Shown here: positions 1 to 11,223 of the stretch, in pieces
Position numbering within the stretch: position 1 is the first letter of the stretch
How the letters are laid out: every line of letters starts with the position of its first letter
Notes under the pieces: generated by a model
Databases searched by the model: none
Seen by the model: only the letters and a program-made list of their open reading frames with translations
What the model was told of the DNA's origin: nothing
Assembly: GCA_002256025.1 (NCBI GenBank)
Contig: NKIB01013918.1
Span: forward strand, 1-49,913
DNA from: Asterionella formosa
Lineage: Eukaryota
Direction: 5' to 3'
DNA length: 49,913 nt
Made by a program: the position numbers and the translations under genes

Positions 1-127
1 AAGAAATTTACTTAAGTCCATTATAAGGGAAATCTCTTCATTGTCCTGGGCCCCCCTTAAGTAAAATCAGTCAAATTCAGTCACGGCAGTGTACATTGGG
101 GGGTCCAGGACAATGAAGTATACGGTA
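1..127 (-). mobile_element. Terminus of a pogo/Tc1-mariner-family DNA transposon (element continues beyond window start)
   Basis: Near-copy of 3171-3290, which is the 5' end of the pogo transposase remnant. Ends ...GGGGGGTCCAGGACAATGAAGTATACGG followed by TA (126-127). Internal inverted copy at 36-56 pairs with 98-118 (20/21 match). Confidence 0.65.
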
Positions 128-229
128 TACCAGTAGGAGTCATGTATGCATGCATGCTGCGATAATTCTTACAAGACATAAAAATTTGGTAGCTTGGGGG
201 TTATCACTTCCGTACTGTGGTATACAGGG

Positions 230-2210
230 GGGGGAAGGGGTTGCATGCATGAGCAACTACTCCGTTATAAACTATGATCTTTAATCAATGAATTTAGATT
301 CGTTTATCCTATACCTTTGATCATAACATATTGATCAAATGATAAACGGTGTCGTTGATGAGAAAATGAACGATCAACATTTATTTTCAAGAATCAGGAT
401 AAATTGATCTTTAAAATATGATCAAATGATCCTAAACACATGAGCATATTCAGTTTTCCGCTGCACTATTGTGGTATTTCCATGATAGAAATAATTCCCA
501 GCAAGTATGCAGTACTACCGGTAGGCCATATGAATTTTGGTCAATATGTCTACATACATAAATGTATGATTTCGACCATTTGAAAAATTGCTGATGACTC
601 CCATTTATTAAGGGGCTTAATTAAATCAGCCACTGACTTGTAGGTACAAGAATTGACACAAAAAAATTAAAAAACTCAACAGGTCGTGGAAAACTATGAA
701 CTCAGCATGCATTGTATATATTTGAATTATGTATAATCAAAATTGATATTAGTATACACAGGATGTGCCGTATAATGAGCGTGTTTAAATCTAAGCAAAT
801 GTTCAAATATTTATACATTTAAAATTCTTACAAATCTTTATATATATGTATTCATGGCTGAAACATTTGAAATCATGTTTTCATGTGGTTCCTTGTCATG
901 CATACATTTTGCTCCTGAATTGAAGAATTAACACAGATGATGACGCGGAAAACGAAAGTGATAATAAAACACAATGAGCGATACTTGCGGCTTAGAAGAG
1001 AAGGGCGGAATCAATTGATGGTAAGTCAAGAGCAAATGCCTTTCATGTTCCTTGTCATGCTGCATCCACTTCCTGAAATGAAGGATCTCAAGCAACACAT
1101 TATGCGAAAAACTGAAGTGACAATACAGCACGATAAGAATGAGTGAATATGATGGAGAATGGCGGAATCAACAAGCTGTGCATAGTATCACGGTTTGTCA
1201 AGAGCAAATGCCAAGATGATCAATTGCTGGGATTACAAATACGGAATGACTCGTCCCCTTTCAGTGATTCAATAGCTCCTTTTCGATTTGGTGGCTGGTC
1301 AATCATCAATGTGGACAAAAGAAATCGGTAAGTGCTGCCTATCAGCCATCTTTGGATCAATCCATAACTGTTAGAAAAACTGACACATAGTATGTGTTGC
1401 TTCTTTCAGGATAATGGTAGACAAACAGTATTTGTAAGTTACAAAGAGCAGTGTTGGAGCCCATTTATTGATCGATACCTTGCTTCTCATTCAATCTTCG
1501 ACTGACACATTCTTCTACAGAAATATGCATCAGTTACTTCCTCAATTTGTCGTAAGTGTTTAACAAGATAGAAGCGAAATGAATGTTGTTGTTTAAGCAA
1601 AACATGAACAGCTAACAATGAATTGCTTCTCTTTGTTAGTATGGCTGATTGGAACAACGAAACGGATGCAATAGTAATAGGAAAATGCGTGAATGCAAAC
1701 TCAGAACAACAGTCAGGAGTAAATGGAACAAAGCAAGCAGGGGAAGAAGGGCAAACAAGGCAACCAGTACAACAACCTTCAGAATTTGATTGGGGGGAAG
1801 GTGGAAGTGAAAGCGGCACCAACAATCATTGCGATGAGAGCATTGTAGAACATTCTGTAGCCACTTAAGGTATGATAGAATCATAGAACCATTCTTAGCT
1901 AAATATAGTTTTAAATTTTGATCAATTTCATCCTATTTTAGACAGTGATATCGATGAGAATTACGATCATGCAAAGATAGATGTATGACAAAAGTATACA
2001 CATCATATGACCATGTATAATTAATTATATGATGGAATGGTATTATAACTATGATAGTCTCATCATACTTCAAGCTCGGTAAAAGTTTACTGCATCATCA
2101 TAATTATATGATACATTGATCATATTTTTGATCGAAAAACTATCATATATTTGAAAATCCTGTGCCACTTAGCGTACGATACCCTTGATCATATTTTCAT
2201 GATTTTTTTT
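230..2210. mobile_element. Possible decayed non-autonomous DNA transposon with TGATCA-rich subterminal regions
   Basis: AAAATATGATCAA (413-425) has inverted copies at 2116-2128 and 2185-2197. AGGATAAATTGATC (~396-409) is inverted at 1920-1934 with a 1-nt indel. The interior has only broken ORFs, and exact termini are not identifiable. Confidence 0.3.
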
Positions 2211-2229
2211 AATTTACAGACAATGACTT

Positions 2230-3290
2230 GTTTGCAAATATCTGTGCACAGGTGTTACTGGAAATAGATTTACATCATCCAAACAACATGTCTGTGTAGA
2301 ACTTCTGATTGAACATCCTGTCAGTCCTATACCTTCGACTCTGCTTAGGGGCAATATCGCTGATCTCACGCCTCGCTGAGTTCTTTGAAAACAACAAAAG
2401 GAGCAAGCTTCTCTCCAGACATGGTAACACCCAACAACACTGTGAAACGCATGCTGCTGCTGTCATTGGTGCGTAAACTGATGGTTTTCGCACCTTTATC
2501 AGCTAGCGTGAGCCCGCCTGCCATGTCGAAATAAATGTTTGTCTCATCTATTTTTACGATACTAGGACGATGATATGACCCTTCAAGAAACTGTGCGTTT
2601 ATGTACTGGAGATACTCCTGCATGACACTCAGTATATAGCGCGTGTTTTGTGCCTTGTGGGTGATACGACAATACATGATGTTTTGTTGAGATGTGCTCC
2701 ACCAATGAGCTACATGCTGTTGAATAACACTCAAGCTAACAACATGTCCCGACAAGCGCTTCAGCTCAGCATCAAGCAACATGATCAAACAAGCGCAATC
2801 ATCACCACAAAACTGATCATACAAGAGACGAATCACCGCAATTTCAGCTGCACTATTGCTACACAACTTCTTGCCTAAATGAAAAGTTTGTTTTTCAGTA
2901 GAAGACGACCCTCATCTGACAATAAACCTTTTACTACGGAACAACAATTGTCGAAATCAAGAAAGTTAGCTTTCCAGTGCCAAATGTTGCTGGCACCAAT
3001 GCTATACTTACATACAACAGCCTTGATGATGCCGGGGAGTTCCCATACTTCACCCACTAGCTATGTCGCGCTTTTCTTGCAAGGTGAAGAACTTTCTCAT
3101 TTTTCACTTTTCGGAAACAGTGATCATATTAATAAATATTAGAAAAATGCGCGCCATCCTGTAGAACTAATTAAATTAACTTAAGACTAGTATAAGAGAA
3201 ATCTCTTTATTGTCCTGGAAAATCAGTCAAATTCAGTGATGGCCAGCAGTGTACATTGGGGGGTCCAGGACAATGAAGTACTGTATACGG
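2230..3290 (-). mobile_element. Degenerate pogo/Tigger-like DNA transposon (CENP-B HTH + DDE_1 transposase fragments)
   Basis: ORF 2366-2866 has 'IVKIDETNIYFDM' (first catalytic D) and 'RFTVLLGVTMSGEKLAPFVVFK', typical of pogo/CENP-B DDE_1 transposases. The upstream fragment 2875-3057 is HTH-like ('YSIGASNIWHWK'). Stops and frameshifts are present; the terminal repeat is at ~3171-3290. Confidence 0.8.
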
Positions 3291-3729
3291 TTGTCAAATA
3301 CACCTACCACCGGTATCTCGTACAGTGTCATGATACACCGATGACCGATGACCGATGTACCCTGGTACCTGGTACCTGGTACCAGCAACAGATAGGAGTA
3401 CCTGCTACACCACGAGGTACCAGGGTACCAGGTTCCTTGTACCAGCAACAGATAGCCTGCTGTCATGTACGAGTACTGCCCTAGTATAAGATTTAAATAA
3501 TTCACAGGTCTGCTTCTTAAAAAATATCATGCCTCTTAGCACAAAGCAAGGATATATACCGGTATATATCAGGTATTTCCTTTTTTTATGCTATTCATGT
3601 ATGCATAAGATAGTCCTTAGCAATAGCGACACTACTGCTGTTGCTTCTCATAGAAAAAGGTTCTTCTACTGTGGACAAGGAGGGGTTCACTCTATATGGC
3701 AATCACCGATGCACATTTAAGGTTGTACC

Positions 3730-5043
3730 ATGAGCGCAGCTCATAGGTCACTCGCTCGTCTACCTCTTGAAGTCTTTGCTGATCTCTCGCTTGATCATAA
3801 AGATGCTGCTGGTCTACGAGCAGAATGTTGTCTGAAGCTGAAACAGGCTAATCTTGGCCTACAAGTGCGAGGTGTCACGTTGGTGGGTCCGTTCTGTCAG
3901 CTCTCCTCCCCCACTCTTGTACGCATTTTGGATCCTCTCCTAACATTTGAAGAATGCGAAGAAATGAAGCGACGGGTATATCTCAATTGTGCACCAAAAC
4001 CAATGAGCGCTCTGTCCCTACTCGGTGCCACTTCAGATTCGTGCGAAAAGGCAGACTCGGAGAACCTCTTGAGGCATGTTTCAACGGGTATGCCATCGCT
4101 CGACCTGTGCTTGCGGGGAGGATTTCGCGTCGGTACCATATCTGAGATTGTTGGACGTGCTGGTACAGGAAAATCCCAGCTTGCGATGCAACTCTGCGTG
4201 GTTGCTGCTAGTTTCAATCAAGGAACAGTCTTTATAGATACAGAAAGAAAATTGAGCCTTCGAAGATTGTATGAGATTGCTGAAGCCAGGGTGGTCGCTA
4301 ATGCAGAAAGTGCACGGCATTCCATAGATATTGACGTTGGTGACGATTTCATGTACGATGTCGTAAATGACAACCAGACTATCGAGTCAGTTCAAGCTCC
4401 ACTCGATTCAAAATATCAATATAAGGCTTCCAGAGTGGTTTTGGAGAATACTTCAGTGCATTCTCCAGGCTCTACAATCGAACTCTTATCTGTCATCGAC
4501 GGAATTGAAGAGGAAATCTTGCATCGAAACCAAGAAGCACAGGAATCAGTGTCGAAATTTCCAGTTCGCCTTATTGTCCTTGACAGCATTGCTGCTCCGG
4601 CTCGACGCGACTTTGGGTCCGAATCGGCTCCTCAGAGAGTTTCGGCGGTGATGAAGGCTGCGCAGACTCTCAAACGCCTCGCTGACCAGCTGCAGTGTGC
4701 AGTTGTGGTTATCAACCAAGTTGGTTTAGATGATGGTGGTGGTGAGAGCTCCGATCGGGCTGAAGGGAGTGACTATGTTGCGGTTCGCGCCGCACTTGGA
4801 ACATCATGGCATCACTGCCTAACCACTCGTCTTTTGATGGAACATGAACGTGACCCGCACCGACTTAACAATACGAGTGACAATGCCCATACCAGCGATG
4901 TTCCTCTCGGGGTTGACCACGCTTTGCAGTTCAACCGAGGACATGTCCGCCGTGCGACTGTTGTGAAAAGCAATGTTGCAGGACTAGGGAATATGAACTA
5001 CGAAATCGCAAATATGGGAGTGGTTGAAATGCGAGATAATTGA
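3730..5043 (+). CDS. RAD51B: RAD51 paralog (RecA/Rad51 ATPase), most similar to RAD51B
   Basis: 437-aa single-exon ORF with 'STGMPSLDLCLRGG', Walker A 'GRAGTGKS', 'FIDTE', Walker B 'LIVLDSIAA..RRDF', 'VVVINQV' and 'AALGTSWHHCLTTRL'. The exact paralog is less certain than the family. Confidence 0.85.
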   Translation: MSAAHRSLARLPLEVFADLSLDHKDAAGLRAECCLKLKQANLGLQVRGVTLVGPFCQLSSPTLVRILDPLLTFEECEEMKRRVYLNCAPKPMSALSLLGATSDSCEKADSENLLRHVSTGMPSLDLCLRGGFRVGTISEIVGRAGTGKSQLAMQLCVVAASFNQGTVFIDTERKLSLRRLYEIAEARVVANAESARHSIDIDVGDDFMYDVVNDNQTIESVQAPLDSKYQYKASRVVLENTSVHSPGSTIELLSVIDGIEEEILHRNQEAQESVSKFPVRLIVLDSIAAPARRDFGSESAPQRVSAVMKAAQTLKRLADQLQCAVVVINQVGLDDGGGESSDRAEGSDYVAVRAALGTSWHHCLTTRLLMEHERDPHRLNNTSDNAHTSDVPLGVDHALQFNRGHVRRATVVKSNVAGLGNMNYEIANMGVVEMRDN

Positions 5044-5951
5044 ACACTTTAGTCGGTTGCGAACCTTTATGATGGAATGGTAGAAATCATGTTATCCACC
5101 ACCAGCCCCAACGACAGACAGTATAATCCTTTCCACCACGAACACGTAGGAGTTTCCTCCATTGGAACAGTATTGCCGATACACTAAGCAACCATTGCAG
5201 CATAACACAAATGATGTGCGTGGTTATCCTTCCTTTCCTCACATTGATGAATACCGGTAATATCCAATACTGCTGGCCTTGGTGATTCGCTCAGAGTTTC
5301 GACGACTTTCGAAGATATAAAAGGCTACTATCGGTCGTGTCACATGATCTACCAACATATTGTTCGGAAATCGATAGGTCACCTTAGTATTGTTCTCTCT
5401 CAGCCAAACTTCGCATTCAGTATTACTTACACATCATCGCATCAACAACGCACAACCAGGTACTGGAGTCTTCGAGAGTGTGTCGGAACACTAAAGGACG
5501 TGTCGTCTCAAGATTTCATTTATTTACATATATAAAATATATAGCAAGAATAGTATATGTAGTGCAAGCGTACAACATGATACACATATAGCGATCCTCT
5601 GTATTTTCTAACACTACATATCACATGGCACACGATGTGGACATAACATCATACAAGCAAGTTGAACATAATGTGTGCAGTAGAGTAGCCAGTAGACTGT
5701 GCAGCAGTACCAGGCAGGTCCCACGGGAATTCTCCCGAATATCATTTGTACTAGATATGCGCGCATTTGATGAATACTATAGCATAAATAGGGCTCCTAC
5801 AAATGGTGTCAACTTGCGGTTCCGAAATCTATCGAAGAATGCCCTTGCCTGTTCTTTTCGGAAGCCGTCCATCAAACCCTGCACGGTTCGGATTCACGAC
5901 CTGGCTCACAATTTTAGATCATAATTTTTTGACACCCTACAGTCTCACAAA

Positions 5952-6449
5952 ATGCAACTTTCCAGAAAGCTTACCCCGAACGCACTTCGATTCTACCATC
6001 GCCCCATGCTAGCCTCCTTTGATGATTTCTGGGGACCATTCAACAATGTTCCCGACTTCACGCATCCGAATTTAACCCTCCATCGCACTCCACAAAACTA
6101 TCATGTTACAGAGGACGACAAGGAGTTCAAACTTGCTTTCGACGTTCCAGGGGTCAAGGCTGATAATATCAAGATTGAACTCAAAGATGATGGAAGGGTT
6201 CTCCACTTAAGCGGAGGCCGCACCGTTCAAACGGAAAACGAGTTCTCCGAGATTAAGTTCAGCAAGTCCTTCACACTTGGTAGCAACATTGACTCATCCC
6301 ACCTCACGGCCAGTCTTGCGGATGGCGTTTTGACAGTTTCCGCTCCAAAGAAGAAGGAGGTTGTTCAGAAAATCAGCATTACTGTTGGTGACAGTGCTGC
6401 CGATAAGGAGATGATCGATGTTGCCCGTCCTGAAGAGAAGAAGGAATAG
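5952..6449 (+). CDS. HSP20: Small heat shock protein (HSP20/alpha-crystallin domain)
   Basis: 'FDVPGVKADNIKIEL', 'FSKSFTL', 'ASLADGVLTVSAPK'. An alternative start at 6006 is possible. Confidence 0.92.
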   Translation: MQLSRKLTPNALRFYHRPMLASFDDFWGPFNNVPDFTHPNLTLHRTPQNYHVTEDDKEFKLAFDVPGVKADNIKIELKDDGRVLHLSGGRTVQTENEFSEIKFSKSFTLGSNIDSSHLTASLADGVLTVSAPKKKEVVQKISITVGDSAADKEMIDVARPEEKKE

Positions 6450-6643
6450 GAGGGCAAGTTGAAGCAAAAGTAAGAGCATGCGTGCTACTTAGGACCTGCA
6501 GATTAGGATGCATCGAAAGCAAACAAAGAATGATGAGACCCTATGAAAACGGGAAATAGATTTGAATAAATATGGAATAGGTAACAAAAAATTTAATTAT
6601 AGGCCAAGAAGTATTCATGCTGCCCAGACTCCACCCTGCCACT

Positions 6644-8833
6644 TTAGGTGACAACCTCTAGAGTCAACCAAAGAAATAAACCACAGGCTAGAAACAATTC
6701 CTGGCAACCAAAAAGGAAGAAGAACAGTGACAAATAGATGCAAAACTTCAAAAGCATATATTGGGACCGATGTTGGTTATCTTTCGCGACTTCCGTGGCA
6801 GCCAGCTTTCGTTGGAGTTTTTGCACCCTGCCGACTAAGTTCACGTTCTTAAAGACAAGCTGTCGAATACACAAGCGGGCGCTTTCAACGTCATGAACGA
6901 GGGATTCGATCAGATCTTCGGCATTTTCCAGACGGGAATGCAGAAATACAGTTCTTCGATTTAACTCCTCATTGATCTGAGTACGCGAATTGAATTCTTC
7001 GATGTCTTTGGTAGAGGGGCTTTCCATCATTATGACCACTTCACTAGGAGGACCATGAGAAATACCCACTGCCGCCAAATGGTCTGGGTGCTCCGATCTC
7101 TTCCCAAGTGTGACCCGGCGGAACTTTCCTGTGTCCAGCTTAAACGTGGAGGTCGACTGTTCATCAAAGCGATGTAGAATTGGTGAACAATTGTGATAGG
7201 TTCCTTTCGCAAGACTCATATTTGCTTTGACATGATCTATTTGCGAATCATGTCGAAAACGTGATTCGTCACGCCTGAATGTCGTTGATGCTTGGCTACT
7301 GTCTTCTCCGGTTTTCTTTGTGTGGTTTGTGTGCGTCACGTACTGAGTAGCGTTCTCAAATTTCGGTAGTTCCCCCTCCCCAAATATCATTTCCTTGATC
7401 TTCTTGAGTTCATCGCGAGCTTCAACCAAATCGTTCTCGGCAGAAATCTCTCGTTCCTTCATGGCCCCCAATACATTTCTGGTTTCTATTAGTTCGCCCT
7501 GCAATTTTCGAATCATTGCAGTATCGTCAATGACTTCATTTACTGTAGCCTCGGTCTGTACCAACTTGGCTCGAGAAGCAAACCGCAACGTAGACCTAGT
7601 TTCTTCGATGAAAAGCTCAGATGGACTAACGCAGCAAAGAATGGCCATCAATGCATTGCCAGACAATTGAGGCTGAAGGAGGCGAGTAAGTTTCGAATCA
7701 CGGAAGTTGATGAAAGCAGGCCTCTTCTTGGGAGGAAGACTCAAAGCTTGAATCACCTGAGACAAGGACAAAAGTGATTGATTAATGTTTCCACTTTCTC
7801 GCTGCAAGCTTGAACTTGTTTTCGTAAGCTTTCCGTTCTTTCCATTTTCAGACCCTGCCAAATCCACTAAGTTTAGATTGGACACACGAACAACTTGAGC
7901 ACACATTCCCTCTGCCTCGGCTTTCTCACGGCTCTCTATTTTAATTCGAAACATGGAGTGTGATCGCGATGATCGCTCGTTCAGCTGGGTTGCTGCCGTG
8001 GCTCTGTTCTTATTTCCAAGATGTAATAGCTCCAACAAGGCAACAGAATTCTCTACAACAGCCTCTTTGGCATCAACCCAAACCCCCATTTTGGGATCTT
8101 CTCGTACGGGCAATTCATTGCAATTTCCAAGCAAGTCTCGCACGCGTTCATTGTAAAGTTCAATGAAACTGACACGAACCGAGAAGTCACGGGAACTGCC
8201 TTGGATCCACTGAAACAAATCAACGCCCGCCATTTGAACAATTCCGGTAGCTTCCTCAACATTCTGATCATTTCCTTGCATAGTGTAGGTCTTGCCTGAA
8301 CCTGTTTGTCCGTAGCAAAATACTGTGCCATGTCTGCCTCGAAAGGATTCCTTTACGATGGGTCTAACCAACGTTTCATATACTTGTGATGTCGTCTTAT
8401 CCTCGCCAAAGATTTTATCAAAGGTATAGACAGATTTGCTTTCAAACTTGCGCACGTGCGATTGCATAATCATATCAGTGTTGCCATTTGATTTAATGGT
8501 CCAGACTAAAGGATCCATCTCGACAGCACTTGAGGGTGACTTCTTCCGAAACGCGACATTTCGAGCATGATTTGATGAACGCAATCTTGCTTCCTGTTCA
8601 TTGAGGGGTCGGATTCGAATAGCCACTGTTTCGTGTTAAAGCGGAGAAAGTGTGTTAGCTCGATTGTCATCATCAGCAACAAAAGGAAAAGTGTGCGGAA
8701 GTGTTCATCATCAGATCTCACCTTTCGTATGCTGGTCTGCGTTAGCCCCCTGCGAATCTTCCGATGACATCGAATTATGGGTTATGGTGGTCGGCAGATC
8801 AGCAGAACAATGGACATTTTTCGCAGGATCCAT
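6644..8833 (-). CDS. Kinesin motor protein, kinesin-7/CENP-E-like, with C-terminal hydrophobic tail; exons 8833-8722 and 8625-6644
   Basis: P-loop GQTGSGKT, switch I NERSSRSH, switch II DLAGSE, 'FRDSKLTRLLQPQLSGN', 'ETRSTLRFASRAK' and coiled coils. Intron 8721-8626 (GTGAGA...ACAG, 96 nt) restores MDPAK...DQHTK-VAIRIRP in frame. Confidence 0.9.
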
Positions 8834-9221
8834 CGAGTAGGGAACAGTCTCAAAGCTGCGATGGCGTCGTTCCTTTGATCATTGGGTGTACTACCGGTAG
8901 TTGAGTACCGGTACCAGTATGGTACCAGATAATACCGGGTAATACCGGGTAATACATACACATCTCACTCATTTAAAAAATATTAACAAGATACCGGTTA
9001 CCATCCGGAGGCACAGCAGCACAGCACCACCAAATACATCACGGTAGTAGGAGCGTGGCGCTACGCCATGCATACCGGTAGGTAAGCCTCATCATTACCG
9101 GTAGGCAGCCCCATCATACCCGGATATAAACCATAAAAAGAGGTTCTTCTTTATATATGGTTGAAACAGATAAAGTAAAACAAATCTTGTTTGTATCTCC
9201 AAAATCAGCCCAGTCATGACC

Positions 9222-9312
9222 TTCTGAGTCTTGTCATGAACATGAATCAATCTTTACTCATGTATGAATCAATCTTTGAGTCTTGTCATGCACATGAGTC
9301 AATTTATTCACA
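9222..9312. repeat. Short degenerate tandem repeat
   Basis: TGAGTCTTGTCATG(A/C)ACATGA(A/G)TCAAT occurs twice, with an intermediate partial copy (ATGAATCAATCTTT). Confidence 0.6.
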
Positions 9313-9556
9313 TAGCTAGTATGACTTAGTTTTGTTTGAGCTCACTTTATTTGGAAATACCAATAGAGTCGAATCTATCCACCAACATGCTCCTAAATTC
9401 ACCATGATCCTTCGATCCACTGCCTAGCACAAGTGCTGAGTATGTATATCAAGATATATTTACTAATTTTCAGTAAGTCGAACTCCTTTCAAGTTAATCT
9501 ACAACTTCTCTTTCAAGTTATATATACCAATTAACGTGGCTGAACTTCATCTAAAG

Positions 9557-9640
9557 TAATCATACAGGTAGACCTCTATTTTTCCCGTTCACTTATTTAA
9601 TCATACAGATAGATTCTATTTATCCCGTTCACTTATTTAT
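9557..9640. repeat. ~41-bp tandem duplication
   Basis: AATCATACAG(G/A)TAGA..CTATTT(T/A)TCCCGTTCACTTATTT, twice in tandem. Confidence 0.8.
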
Positions 9641-11223
9641 AGATGTGTGATAATAGTCTGTCTTTTGTTTGCTTAATTGTGCAAGAGCGAGGTTGACACA
9701 TGCACCTATGCCACTACATGTGTTTGCATTCACACAATGAGAAATGAAGCTGTATAGCCTGCTGGACATGGTGGGTGCTATTAATATTTTGAAATTATAA
9801 AAGTTCTTGATGCCTGCTGGCATACCTGACTGGCAACCACTTCCAAGAACAAGCCTCCCCAGCCATTCAGTTGTGGTGTACAAGTGCCAGTACCAGGTAA
9901 CCTAGTACTTGTCAATACCTGGTATGACTGGTACCAAACAAGGTATTCACCATGGACATAATTTCAGCACACATATCAAAAGGACTTTTGTTACCAGTAT
10001 GTCAACTGAAGTGCTGAATATTTTAAAAAGTGCTGAACTGATAAACAGAAATAAGCAGATAATGAGAACTTGCTGAAAAATCGAAAACTGGCTGATGAAT
10101 TGCTGAAAAGTTAATACAATATTTTATGCCATATCATGAGAGCTGGTGGTTCCAATTTCAATTCAGAATATTGAAATATACCTGTTAGGGGAAGCTGCAC
10201 ATATGTTTCAAATGATATCCTTGCCAGCCAGACTACTCTATTGCTGTCTCTAGATTGACATTGACAGTAAAAGTGCTAGGCGCTCCAGTAGTACAAACAC
10301 ATTTTTACAAAGGTTGCTTTGTTGATTGGCATGATGATATAATTCAACATGATCTGTGTTGCTTGCTTGTACTGCTGCACATGCATAATTTGTTATCAGT
10401 TGTTCACACAGCCAGTTGTTCACACCTCCCATCCATCCAGCAGCAAGGACCATGATGGTGGCAAGCATCAAATCATACCTTGTCCAGAGTGTAATATTTT
10501 GTCCTATGCTGCTGTATCAGTTTAAATTAATTATGCTACTACTAGCAAGTTTTCAATCATCAGTGATTCATGGACTGATGGAGAAATACGAAAGAAGTTC
10601 ATAAACAAGATGGTGATTCCCTGACAAATAAAGAAATCATCGACGCAATGAAGGGTTTTGGAATTATTTTTTTCTATTGCATTAGTCAGTGTTCTATATC
10701 TTGACTTGAATAATTTTGGAGCACAATGCAATGTGCAGGATAGTGTGTACCGGCCGTTTTTTACGACATCAGGGGACAGGGCCAGACTTACCAGTACTAA
10801 AGTAGCACATAGGGTTTGCGCGCCATTTTGAATCCTCCTTTCCTCCACATATATTATGTACGAGGAACCATATTTTCGTGCACCTATTAAATGATGAAAA
10901 AAATATTAATTTGCTTTATTATGTATGGATGTACTGAATCTATCATATGTAGTGATCTGTATTGTTGCTTACCGGGTATGTGATGCATCCTTGAAAATAG
11001 CAGGGATCGTTTGGAGTTGAATGCAAAGGACGTTGACTTTGGCTGACCGATGACTATATGCATAAAGATTTTGTGATTGCCGTTGCTATCATATTCTCTA
11101 CCTGGCCAATTCTTGTCTCTGTCTTCTTATGTTCTATTCGTGGGGATACCTCCATGACAAACTAAAACATACAACGACTCCTCTGCAAAGGTAAATTGAT
11201 TTCACGCAAAACGTCCTTCCGTC

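Noticed and set aside
3233..3505. ORFs with repeated PGT/VPG motifs
   Set aside because: Translation artefact of stacked GGTACC(A/T) repeats.
5700..5951. Heat-shock elements upstream of HSP20
   Set aside because: GAA/TTC triplets are present, but I could not find a correctly spaced nGAAnnTTCnnGAAn array.
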